Positions 11,901 to 21,337 of a stretch of DNA of 42,445 nucleotides are shown piece by piece. Positions within the stretch are counted from its first letter, which is position 1; each line of letters starts with the position of its first letter. Made by a program: the position numbers and the translations under genes. The notes under the pieces are model-generated. The model was not told where the DNA came from, did not search any database, and saw only the letters and a list, made by a program, of their open reading frames with translations. The DNA is from Nemertoderma westbladi. Taxonomy: Eukaryota > Animalia > Xenacoelomorpha. Where the stretch lies: NCBI GenBank assembly GCA_032718475.1, contig JAUCBJ010007928.1, positions 1 to 42,445 on the forward strand, in the 5' to 3' direction.

Positions 11901-14501
11901 TCCAGAGAGAAGACACCGGAAAACAAGGTAAGTGAAAAACCCGTCTCTAGGAGAAAGGTAACACCACTGTGTTATACAGACGACGGCGAAAGCCAGACTT
12001 CTCAAGGAGAAGATAGCGGGAAGGACACTGATAGATCTTATTACGTGAATAAAATGCCTAAAGATCAGGTAAGTAAATTCAAGTCTCGAACAAATGACAG
12101 GAGAGAACAGGTAAGAAAAACTCCTCCCATGTCTCCCAAGAGAATTCCGGTGAGAAAGCCCGAAGAAAAGGCAAGTGTACACAATGTGACTCAAAATAAG
12201 GTAAGTAACATCAAACCGAAATGTGCGCTGTGCGACGGGACCCACCGTTTGAATATGTGTGATGAATTCCTGAAGAAATCATTATCAGAGAGACGAGAAG
12301 TCATGTGGGATAAGCGGTTATGTTATAATTGCCTCAGACAAGGACACCAACGGCGAACCTGTTTCTCTGACATAAGGTGTGCAAAGTGTGGTGCGAAACA
12401 TCATATCTTGTTGCACGCTGAATTCGAGCGAAATAGTCCGAATCAGGTAAGTGATTCCGAACTACATGTCCAATTCAGTGATGTGAACGACACTGATCAA
12501 TCTGAGATGGAAGGATTCTATACGGACGAGTTCTCCGACGAAAACGAATCCTGTTATATGATAAATACCGCCGTGTATCGAGCACTCACCTATGAAAAGG
12601 ATACAGACAACGACTTCACTCTAACTACTTCTGAGCGACAACCATCTTGGAAAGAGCCATCTTCCAATGTAGGGATCCGAGAGTTTCCTGTGGTGCAAGT
12701 AAGGGTTCACGGACCTAAGAGGAGTTATGTAGTGAACGCCCTCCTTGACTCCGGTAGTACAGGAACATTCATCGACAAAGAGCTAGCCGAAGATATATTT
12801 GCTGGACAACCCAAGTTCCAAACTAAGCTCAACATGTCCGGCATTATGCAAGTTTGGAAATCTACAATAACAGCAGATTATTATGTAAGAGCGTTGTCCA
12901 CCCCCCAGGACGAACTAGGAGAACATAGCATAAGGTCAGTGAAAATGGTGGCTATAAAGAACTTCGTTACTACTCAAGCAGACCTTTATAATTGGGACGA
13001 GGATGAGAGCATCCAACATCTTAACATACCTCGATTCCAGACTGATTATCCTGGAGTGCAAATACTCATCGGCCAAAACGCGCATGAGGCGCTGGAGACA
13101 TTAGAGAAACGGCCTGCTCAACCGCAGCCACTACAGACCTATGCGGTAAGAACTAGAGTAGGTTGGTACTTTACTGGCCCTTCCCGTAGAACACTCAAAG
13201 AAAGACTACCGCAAGAGCGCGTCTGCCAGGTGAGTGAATGGGAAGATGATACTAGTGAAGGAGACGATTTAACTGAGGGAACTCCATACTCCTCAGATAA
13301 CGACGACGTTCACCAGCTTTTTGATGAGGAGAATACCATCGATCTCCTTAAGGAAAACGAGGCTTGGCAAAACCAAGTGAACTTATGTCAACTTCTCTAT
13401 CCATCTGAACGAGAAGCTTATAACGACGAGTTAAATGACGTCATTGAGCGTTGCAATGCCAAGACTCGAGATGAACATGCCGTAAGATTCTTTACGCAAG
13501 AGGCGGTAGAGCCCAATTCCTACGATAAAGCCTTATCGGTGGAAGAGGAAAGGGCCAAGCAGATCCAAGAGACAACTAAAAGTTTCCTCAAAGATCAAGG
13601 TAGGTATGAAGTCGGTCTACCTTTCCGCAAGAGAGAACCGAAGTTCATCAATAACAGACCCTTGGCGGAAAAAAGAATCGCGCAACTCCATCGACGCCTT
13701 ACGGCTAATTCTTCAGCTAAAGCAATGTATCAAACACAGCTGGAGAAATTTATTAGTAAGGGATACGCGGAGAGAGTACCGGAAGAAACACCTGTGACTG
13801 AAAGAACGTATTACTTAACTCACCATTACGTTCCTAAACCCGGTAAGCCACATGAAGTGAGAGTAGTGTTTGATGGCTCCGCTCTTTACATGGGTCAATC
13901 CCTTAACTCTGAATTGTTACCCGGACCCAACTTACTTCAATCTTTGTTGGGAATTCTTTTAAGATTGAGACAATATTCGATTGCTTTCGCCTCCGATATA
14001 GAAGGCATGTTCTTGCAAGTCAAAGTGTTGGATAGGGATCGAGATAGCTTACGATTTCTATGGTGGCCCGAAGGAGACCTCAACCAGAAACCGGTGGAGT
14101 ACTGGATGACCATCCAGGCCTTTGGGATAATCTCAAGCCCTTCCAACGCCTGTTCGGTAGTGCGTACCACTGCAGAGGACAACCGAGAGGCCTTCTCTAA
14201 GGAAGTGATCGACAACATCAAGAGAGACATATACATGGACGACAATCTGAAGTCCCTTCCATCAGTTGAGGAAGCCATTGAAGTCGCTAAAGGAATGGTA
14301 GAGTGCTTAAAAAGAGGTGGATTTCGATTAACCAAATTCACCAGCAACTCCCGTGAGTTTCTGGAGTCGATCCCTGCGGAAGATCGAGGAGCGAAAGATC
14401 TCGATTTGATCAAAGATGATCTGCCAGAAACCAAGACACTCGGCTTGAAATGGGACACAGAGCGAGATATCCTGTTTTTTCCAGCTAAAACAGCGAAATA
14501 A
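8910..14501 (+). CDS. Element B Gag-protease-reverse transcriptase polyprotein (1863 aa; cut short by an extra T at ~14475-14480)
   Basis: Capsid-like region, knuckles CALCDGTHRLNMC / CYNCLRQGHQRRTC / CAKCGAKHHILLH, ALLDSGS, RVVFDGS, DIEGMFLQV, YMDD, LGLKWD. Element A reads through the equivalent site with one T fewer. Confidence 0.95.
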   Translation: MSDTKQNLSDSLLDVTICDSDRGVEPSSRKFSSPPTVRKVIPPVVITEPRLVQHRRSIIGTRAQVKRYQEAAEQQQPASQELTSQRPNSSSSEDTVELTPERGAKMMDAVYSDPLLILPAAVLTRLLIAVEEHQIDWARSQRSTRDSYAGYTREELKSMVESQWNFPGPGLPFDLSEAAWEDIHRMGVAKETIDPAVWKRSAAGYAQGFFSSMERVKGQLFQQPQGPQEQGQLLYQVRERILRIRLILSAFEEASKRRQDTSLQVAVKTWFQRVSRQVQGAAQWKAQLEERSTHGESTDAISSQVESEATAEKPHKRDAIDIYLSDYQRFLGDDELRRRLEGLSPNSEGTKLVLDAIDVEMRAANQAKFDEQLRITRVQEEQVKKKRIEDRKKAAVVAAEAERKAAAAEAAAEAKAAEAAAEAKAAAAVAEAKAAEAERKAAEAAAEAKAAEAAAESKVAAAAAEAKAAEAERKAAKAVAEAERRATEEITQLELENIQENQDCINKQLTASNMQMMNRSTPKRQGYTSSEEGDTTDTEGKGNRSRLSRRKRTFHRQKLPDLPPAVRRQLNNTNLGSTEPTDQIIKIERLPTIVDEPEIIRPVLEITPSVIDTPVLPETTSKFPLHSTKLPVPRRTAQETVQVLDPERNIPDLSPVVPRPLATTLATPASAVEWVDERRRGMDLLLGQMQETVQQFKGTVRESRLELQEVQQSIALERDKLVNTQKGIPPPSVTMCQPVRSEVSHAQGVEPTRIYTASEVETPIVNPIKGNYRPVDNDIPYRTDHNPRNLYTDNSILNNTMAQESFTRQMARTEARQAVKVGEIVKFNGDEMKWLPFNEYYKDNIQNSVLSNGEKLRYLIECLEGSPKLMALKFIGHPDGLRQVWDTLTTTTRIGMLHCSCIFKNAVPACQQNCSGIIEFSDEIQEICRQLDWLGKSQEYQNAMVIRAVASTLPKGGVGTRWDKKVLYMMEQQRRDPTMADLMSFLDGEVKLQLLKLSREKTPENKVSEKPVSRRKVTPLCYTDDGESQTSQGEDSGKDTDRSYYVNKMPKDQVSKFKSRTNDRREQVRKTPPMSPKRIPVRKPEEKASVHNVTQNKVSNIKPKCALCDGTHRLNMCDEFLKKSLSERREVMWDKRLCYNCLRQGHQRRTCFSDIRCAKCGAKHHILLHAEFERNSPNQVSDSELHVQFSDVNDTDQSEMEGFYTDEFSDENESCYMINTAVYRALTYEKDTDNDFTLTTSERQPSWKEPSSNVGIREFPVVQVRVHGPKRSYVVNALLDSGSTGTFIDKELAEDIFAGQPKFQTKLNMSGIMQVWKSTITADYYVRALSTPQDELGEHSIRSVKMVAIKNFVTTQADLYNWDEDESIQHLNIPRFQTDYPGVQILIGQNAHEALETLEKRPAQPQPLQTYAVRTRVGWYFTGPSRRTLKERLPQERVCQVSEWEDDTSEGDDLTEGTPYSSDNDDVHQLFDEENTIDLLKENEAWQNQVNLCQLLYPSEREAYNDELNDVIERCNAKTRDEHAVRFFTQEAVEPNSYDKALSVEEERAKQIQETTKSFLKDQGRYEVGLPFRKREPKFINNRPLAEKRIAQLHRRLTANSSAKAMYQTQLEKFISKGYAERVPEETPVTERTYYLTHHYVPKPGKPHEVRVVFDGSALYMGQSLNSELLPGPNLLQSLLGILLRLRQYSIAFASDIEGMFLQVKVLDRDRDSLRFLWWPEGDLNQKPVEYWMTIQAFGIISSPSNACSVVRTTAEDNREAFSKEVIDNIKRDIYMDDNLKSLPSVEEAIEVAKGMVECLKRGGFRLTKFTSNSREFLESIPAEDRGAKDLDLIKDDLPETKTLGLKWDTERDILFFPAKTAK
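10090..10365 (+). repeat. Coding minisatellite in Gag (AAAEAKAAE-type, predicted helical/coiled coil)
   Basis: Iterated GCGGCAGAGGCA/AAGGCGGCA units translating to Ala/Glu/Lys repeats. Confidence 0.85.
11574..11652 (-). mobile_element. ~78-bp 3' end of the RTE-like LINE inserted antisense in B gag
   Basis: The reverse complement matches 29487-29562 exactly, with a (TAG)n tail one unit longer. Absent from element A at 3504-3583. Confidence 0.95.
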
Positions 14502-14556
14502 TCCAGTTCGAACCAAACGGATTTGCTTAAGTATACTGAGCACTTATTTCGATCCA

Positions 14557-16791
14557 TTGGGATTTATTAGCCCAGTTATATTGATTGCTCGTAGTTTGGT
14601 ACAACAAATGTGGCTTGAAAACCACTCATGGGACGATCCACTTAAGGGAGAATTATTGAAGAAGTGGATGAAATGGGAAGATTCTCTGCCAGCTATCGAG
14701 GATTTTATAATTTCCCGTTCATATTTTGGTCATGTTCTCCCTACGTATTCCTATCAACTCCATGTGTTTGGAGACGCCAGCGATATGGGAATAGGTATAG
14801 TAGCCTATCTAAGAGTGGAAACTCCGGATGGAATCAAAGTCGCCTTGGTTACTTCTAAGGCATTAATCAACAACAAGTTGAAAGTTCCTCGAGCGGAGTT
14901 AAAAGCGGCTCTATACGCTACAGCCATCGGCCGGAATGTAACAGAACAGATTGACTATCCATTAGAGAAAACTGTCTATTGGACCGACGCTTTACTCGTG
15001 TTAGAGTATATAACCAATGAAGTCTGTCAGTTCAGCGTCTTCGTTACCAACAGGGTAGCCATCATACTTAGTCGCACGACGATGGACCAATGGAGACATT
15101 GCCCCGGAACGATTAATCCAGCAGACATCGCTTCCCGAGGAGCGACTCCAAAGGAATTGGTAAATACTCCCGAGTGGTTAGGTGGACCTGACTTTCTCTA
15201 CAGAGAAGAAGAAGAATGGCCTCCCCATCTCACAACAGCAGAGATCAGACAGGCCAAGGGAGCGGAGAAAGTTAAACCCAAAACTCGAGCGAGTAAATCG
15301 AAGTTGTTTAAACCTGCGGTTGATCTATCTGTATTATTTACTTCCGGAGAGGATGCTTTGGATCAGAAACCCACCGCCACGACTAAAGAAGTCTTGGAAA
15401 TCCGTGACAAGGATTGGAAATCTGGAATACCAGATATCGCACAAGGACTCTCACCCCTCTTGCAGAGAGCGATATGTCACTACAGTTCCTGGAATCGGCT
15501 CTGCAAAGCCGTCACCTATTTAAAACGATGTTTTCATCATCGTTACTCCGGGACAAAGACCAATGGTGATGATGCTCCATCAACATCTGCACGAGTCCAT
15601 GTTGTTAAAGACCTTCCCCAATACAAGATATCCGACAGGTTTCTAAAGGAGAAGATCAGTTACCAGGAGCATGATGAAACCAACAAACAGATGCTGAGAC
15701 TCCTACAATGCTATGAGGATCCTGATAAGTATTTCCTGTTGTTAAGAAATCCGCAGATGCGCTTAAGGGATCGCTTCTCTAGTACCATGATAGATGGGTT
15801 AATACGTGTTGGAGGCAGGCTCACCAACGCCCCCTTATCCTTTGACACTAAGTTTCCCATACTCATTAGAAATCTTGACATACAAATCAAGATGATTGTA
15901 GATGTTCATAGCAAACTGTACCATGCTGGTAGAGAACGAGTTCTGAGCGAAATTCGAACTCGCTACTATTTTTATAAACCCCGTAGGGCTCTGAACCAAG
16001 TTCTTAGGAACTGCATACCCTGTAGGAAAGCATTCAGTAGGCCTTTAACACAGCGAGAGGCAGAATTACCTAGGGAAAGAGTAAGCTTCTATGAACCACC
16101 CTTTACTAATACCGGTGTGGATTTATTTGGCCCTATTGAAGTATATCGTGCCCGGACTATAGTCAAGAGATGGTGTGTCATCTTCGTTTGTATGACTTGT
16201 AGAGCTATCCATCTCGATATGGTAAACGATCTATCCACCAACAGCTTCGTGTTGAGTTTACGACGACAGATCGCTCGCTTCGGAACCAGTAACACGATGA
16301 GATCGGATAAGGGAACGAACTTCATTGGCGCCAACAACGAAATTCAAGCTTACGTAAAGGACTGGAACAAAAGACAGGTGGACGATCAGCTAAGGATAAC
16401 AGCGTCTAGCTGGACCTTCAACGCCGCCGACGCCCCTTGGTGGGGAGGAAGTTGGGAGAGATTGATTAGGAGCGTGAAGACTGCGTTCCACTTTATTGTA
16501 CCTTGTCGCGCTTATCTCACCGACGAACTATTGCGGACGTTAATGGAGGAAATCGCCGCCTATCTCAACGAAAGACCGCTTATGCCAGTCTCTTCAAATC
16601 CTGATTCTCTGGAAGCGCTAACACCCGCGCACTTTCTACTGAAGAAGCCCGTAGCCATGCTCCCACGATCGGAGATCACAGACGGAGACGAGTACTGCCG
16701 TCGAACCTGGCAACTTATGCAGTTGCTATCCCGTCGTTTCGCTGACAAATTTCGAGAAACATTACCTGCCCACTCTACAACTTCGAACTAA
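14557..16791 (+). CDS. Element B RNase H and integrase (continuation of pol; frameshifted at ~16750)
   Basis: RNase H: FGDAS, PRAEL, WTD, NPADIASRG. Integrase: HSKLYH...CIPC, GVDLFGP, SDKGTNF, WERL. Confidence 0.95.
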   Translation: MGFISPVILIARSLVQQMWLENHSWDDPLKGELLKKWMKWEDSLPAIEDFIISRSYFGHVLPTYSYQLHVFGDASDMGIGIVAYLRVETPDGIKVALVTSKALINNKLKVPRAELKAALYATAIGRNVTEQIDYPLEKTVYWTDALLVLEYITNEVCQFSVFVTNRVAIILSRTTMDQWRHCPGTINPADIASRGATPKELVNTPEWLGGPDFLYREEEEWPPHLTTAEIRQAKGAEKVKPKTRASKSKLFKPAVDLSVLFTSGEDALDQKPTATTKEVLEIRDKDWKSGIPDIAQGLSPLLQRAICHYSSWNRLCKAVTYLKRCFHHRYSGTKTNGDDAPSTSARVHVVKDLPQYKISDRFLKEKISYQEHDETNKQMLRLLQCYEDPDKYFLLLRNPQMRLRDRFSSTMIDGLIRVGGRLTNAPLSFDTKFPILIRNLDIQIKMIVDVHSKLYHAGRERVLSEIRTRYYFYKPRRALNQVLRNCIPCRKAFSRPLTQREAELPRERVSFYEPPFTNTGVDLFGPIEVYRARTIVKRWCVIFVCMTCRAIHLDMVNDLSTNSFVLSLRRQIARFGTSNTMRSDKGTNFIGANNEIQAYVKDWNKRQVDDQLRITASSWTFNAADAPWWGGSWERLIRSVKTAFHFIVPCRAYLTDELLRTLMEEIAAYLNERPLMPVSSNPDSLEALTPAHFLLKKPVAMLPRSEITDGDEYCRRTWQLMQLLSRRFADKFRETLPAHSTTSN

Positions 16792-17119
16792 GTGGTTTGC
16801 GCAGCAAGAAAACGTCAGCGCTGGAGACATGGTGCTTATTGTGGACCCCGATCTCCCACGTAAGCGATGGCAAACAGGACGTATCATCGAGACTCATATC
16901 TCGAGCGATGGTTTGGTGCGATCAGTAGAGCTCGTCGTAATGCGACGTAACTTTAAGAAACCAGGGATAGTCTTTGAGACTCAACAGCTCAATCGCCCAG
17001 TGGGTCGTTTATGTTTACTGGAAAGAGACAGAGAGCTCTCCGGAAACTATGGAAGGCAAGAAACTCTTCCCACGACCACTTCCCTAATCCAACCGACATC
17101 TAGGGACTCCCCAACTTAA
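16753..17119 (+). CDS. C-terminal integrase domain of B pol
   Basis: Removing one T at ~16750 restores EKHYLPTLQLRTKW...GDMVLIVDPDLPRKRWQTGRI...DGLVRSV, as in A (24520-24880). Confidence 0.85.
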
Positions 17120-17329
17120 TGTCGTTCGGAGTGGGCGTGTGACTCTATTATTTTATATTATTTTATTATTTTTATATTTATGTATGTATTACTATGTAAT
17201 TTTATTATAATCGTTTTATTTAATTTAGTAGAATATTATTTAGTGATTATTTAGTAGAATAGTGCAATATGTTCGTGTTCATTGCGTACGTAATTACTTA
17301 TATTATATTTAGTGCGACGGCGAGAAATA

Positions 17330-18686
17330 ATTCTTTTTCTCTTTCCTTACTGTCCGTATTATATTATAAATACGTAACTACAGTAAGATGAAATGTCCGT
17401 ACTTATTAAAGTACAATAAAGCCACTACTATATTTAAGTATTATTGGTAGGCAGAGTATTAGGAATGCAAAGTTCAGATCCTCGTGTCTCGGCTAAACCA
17501 AGCTCTGGGTAGACCTTGGAAACGACTTGCCTCTTCACACTGACATTGCTTCGTGCGATATTGCTCTCATACCGTATATTAAATAATACATATAGTAGCG
17601 TGATGTCCCTTTAACCGTAGCGTATAACGCAAAATAAATCTGTTAAACCCTTTGACCATCTGTAATTCTAGTCGATTAAGATATCGCGGCACCCACCGAT
17701 ATACTTGAAAGACAAATTCTAGAATCAGTGGTTAACGTCCCCAGACAAGTTCTGGAATAAATCGGTGCCCATCTTAAATATTAATTATTTAATATTTGCA
17801 AATCTAATAAGTCAAAATCTGTAAAATTCAGATCCTTCAACAATTCTAGTCAATTAAGATATCGTAGCATTTACCGATATTCTTAAAAGGACAATTTTCA
17901 TAGAGTTAAGGATCTTGTGTCCCCAGACATATTCTAGAATCAAAATATGTCCATCTAATTAGTAAATAATAAAATTTCAGGGAATAATTTAAATTCATGC
18001 CTTTTAATGAATTTAATAAATTGCCATTTTTGCGCAATTTATAACATTCCCAAAATTCCATTAATTAATAGATCAAGGGAGCGGAGATTTATCTTATTAT
18101 GCATATGAGTGTGCGAAAGTCTCCCAAACATAGTCAATAGCCGATAAAATTCATAAAGTCATGTATAAAACAGAGCATTGACTATTAAAGAATACTATTA
18201 AATAACATCCCAGATCTGTATGCATTGGAATTACCCTAATTCTACCGCTAGCTTTGCATAATGTCACCATAGCAACAACCACGCTAGAATTAGAATTGAG
18301 TTAAAAGAACAATAGAAAGCTTGTCCCATTGAATAGCATAGGGAATAAATAGCGCACTACTAGTATCCAAGGATACATAATAATACAGTGACATTCTGGA
18401 AGGCATTGACTAAAGGACAAATGGCCCGAATGTGCGTAGTTGTGACCAGTTGTGTGGTATTTGTGAGTTTATAGGTGAATGTTACTGCTAAAGTGTGTTT
18501 ACAGTAGCTAGTCGCAATCGTAAAAGTAACCTAACTCTCCAAGGAAAACCTGAAGTACATCTAAGCCTTTGGGACGGACAGTCGAGTGACTTGTGCCGGT
18601 TGTCGTTGTCGTTGTGCGGCTACGTCGTTGGCGAAAGTACAGCGGCGACGACACATCGGCGCTGAGGATCTCGTACTGTCCGGGGG
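17330..18686 (+). other. Conserved structured non-coding region between pol and the extra-ORF cassette (paralogue 25100-26607)
   Basis: High A/B similarity without a shared ORF. Several hairpins keep their stems while loops vary. Repeated AAATCTGTTAAA-headed units. Confidence 0.65.
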
Positions 18687-19886
18687 TTGATTGGGGTAGG
18701 CAGCGACGCCCGCTCGCCTAAATATAAACTCATTATAATATGGATAAACTCATATATAGCAGATATGACGGAGTTGATAGAAGATGGTCTTGGTATCGGG
18801 GAGCGATATACTCTACTTTTACAAGCGTTTGTTGATAGCTTAATACGCGGCGACGTTAGTCCAACTGCTGCGGAGGACGATGGTCGTTATATCGAACCGC
18901 CAATGTCCCAAGAGCAGCTCGCGCGAGTTGGACTATAGAAAATTCGCTGCTCGATATACGCAGCGTAATGGTACGTATATGGGCTTTTTAACTACTGATC
19001 ATCCTATCGATTTACACAATACGGACTATGTCGACTATATATCCTGCCCAGCGGAGTCGGAACCATAAACTGAAATTTGAATGCGAAAATTCTATTCGAA
19101 ATCGGCTCGAAAGAAAAGACATTAAAGAAACAAATAAACGCGGTAACTCCAGCATATATTTGGAATTCTTGATAGAAGCATTGTAACAACAAATAAATAT
19201 CATCCGCGTTTCCCCTACCAGACGTGCGTCTTTGGTATTATTACGGTAAATGCCCTAGACCCAGCCAATAAACGGAAAGACATAAACATCCACGGAAACG
19301 TTGTGTTAAACACAGTTGTGTTCGTTATATTTACTGGAGTTTCGAGCGAAACTTGTTTGACGTATCACCTATGCTCACTCGGCTCTAACGATCCTAGAGT
19401 AAACCTACGATCAGAGTCCCGGAATACTCGGTCAAACCTCCTCATTCCTTAGTTGGACCTCAGACCTGCGATCCTGGTGGTGTCGCGGATCCTCGCGGAC
19501 GGTATTCACTGTTCAAGATCTAGTGCTACCCTAACAATTAATCGGTAACACTCCGGCAGTGATTTCTAGCTAGCCGCCCATCTTTCCTAGCCGGATTATG
19601 ACGCAGACACCTAATATCACTATCCAACCGTATGGTCGTCCCATTTAACGCGATACAACCCTTCATCAAGGTGAAGGAGAGCGTTGTACGAAACGAGTTA
19701 AACGCTATTCTATAAAGATCAAAAAAGAAACCTGCGTTTGTTCAGATAAACGTAAGTTATAACAGTAAGTCCAATCGATAAACGAATTGGCCTTATCTCA
19801 GTTCGATTGGGAAACCTCGAATCTCAAAGAAGATATCAAGCTTAGAAAACCCTATTCTCTGCGAGAGTTTTGGACGAACGTATCCC

Positions 19887-20093
19887 ATGACAAGCGGAGG
19901 AAAATCAGCTCGAGGAGGAGCATATCGAAATGGACGAGACACCGACCGTAAACCCAAACCTTCTAATGCAATCATATTGCACCCTTCACCCAGGAGTTAT
20001 GGCCCTCCTAGTAAAGTGGCTCCCCCCAAAGAGAAAAAGACTCTGGCTAACTTTAAAAAACTGCGTAAACGCCGTCCGCGCAAGAAAGACTAA
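19887..20093 (+). pseudogene. Remnant C-terminus of the extra ORF in B (basic NLS-like tail)
   Basis: KPKPSNAIILHPSPRSYGPPSKVAPPKEKKTLANFKKLRKRRPRKKD aligns with the end of ORF 30009-31895. Confidence 0.75.
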
Positions 20094-20163
20094 CTGTTTA
20101 GAGTATTTATGTATATTAGAAATTGTGATTTTGTATATTTTATAGACTTAAATCCCATTTTCT

Positions 20164-20171
20164 GGGAGCGG
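20164..20171 (+). promoter_or_regulatory. Short polypurine tract of B
   Basis: GGGAGCGG abuts the TG of the 3' LTR. The same site in A is altered (TAAATATTTGCGG). Confidence 0.65.
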
Positions 20172-21332
20172 TGTAAAAGCTTTTGTGGGATAACTGATTC
20201 GTTTGCCTTGTTAACCAGTTCCCCCCCAGGCGCTGAATACTCTAAAAGGGGATCTATAACTCGAATAGCGCAAGCTACCGGCTGATTGGCTGATTCGCTG
20301 TGCGAAGGGATCTGGGCTACGTTTGATTGTCCAACCAGCTTGGGAAAGTATCTGCCAATAGGATTTGAGTTGATTTTGATTTCGACCTATCACAGATCTA
20401 CTGAACTGAATTTTCCTATCTGTATGCTCTTTCTCTGTGTTGGGTGGAAGCCTTTGTAAATAAGGTTATTCTTATCAGTTTTCAGTGTTGTTGGTCTTTC
20501 TTTCCTAAGCCAGGAGAGAACGGCTTGGAAATATTTTGTGCCTTTCTGTTTTAATCTAACACTAGTAGGCTTAATTATAAGGACATATATCCGTTATCAA
20601 AACAAACCAAACAATCCATACCAAACTTAACACACACTGAATCACTGTGCATACTTTTATATTGTTATACTGCTATTTACTGTCAGTTCTTCATAATATG
20701 GTTGATGAATTATTATATTTGGAATAACGATAAATAACCCCGAAACCCAATATTCTTGATATACCGAAGGTAAGAGAGAAAGGTTACATATAACGATTGT
20801 GACTTATGTTAAAGTGGTTTGAAGTGAATCTAATGTTATTTGATAGACCCTACATGAGTCGGTCCGTGTTCCTTTTATATATAACTAAAATCAGTGAAGA
20901 TCGGCAGATCAGTGTGCAGTATTGTGCAGCATTGTGTATGAGTGAACCTGATAACGAAGCATTTCCTAAAGAATGCGCCATATATGTGAATTATAACTAA
21001 GCCATATCGTTGTGAGTAGTTTAAGTCATAACTCTGTTTGTATAGATAGAGCGCCACGTCCTAAAGGAACTGTTAATATTCCCCGAAGGTGAATAATATT
21101 GTCAGAGATTATATAATACTGTGAGTCGAATAATACATTAGGCTTACATAGCAATAAGATTAAGCCGTCGAACCCAATCTCCCGGGTATATCCAGCGGGT
21201 GAATGATCGCGCACAGATTGGTTTCGACTAGTGTAGTGAATTAAATACTTGTCATAGACTAAAAGTGATTTATTATCTAGAAGACATTCTAATTTGGCGG
21301 GTTAAACTGCCAAAGGTCTGAAAGCACGAACA
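20172..21332 (+). repeat. 3' LTR of element B
   Basis: Direct repeat of 5492-6652, followed by TSD CGTTA. Confidence 0.97.
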
Positions 21333-21337
21333 CGTTA

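Larger units (their letters stand above)
5492..21332 (+). mobile_element. Element B: full-length, recently inserted BEL/Pao LTR retrotransposon (15.8 kb)
   Basis: Two 1161-bp TG...CA LTRs, 5-bp TSD CGTTA (5487-5491 and 21333-21337), near-intact gag-pol with BEL-type motifs (triple knuckle, YMDD, NPADIASRG, GVDLFGP). Confidence 0.97.

Noticed and set aside
13937-14557. 206-aa antisense ORF and other antisense ORFs over gag-pol and the LINEs
   Set aside because: Shadow frames of real coding sequence; no independent motifs.
14470-14560. Programmed ribosomal frameshift between the two large B ORFs
   Set aside because: It falls at the end of RT rather than the gag-pol border, and A is continuous there with one T fewer; it is a mutation or sequencing error.
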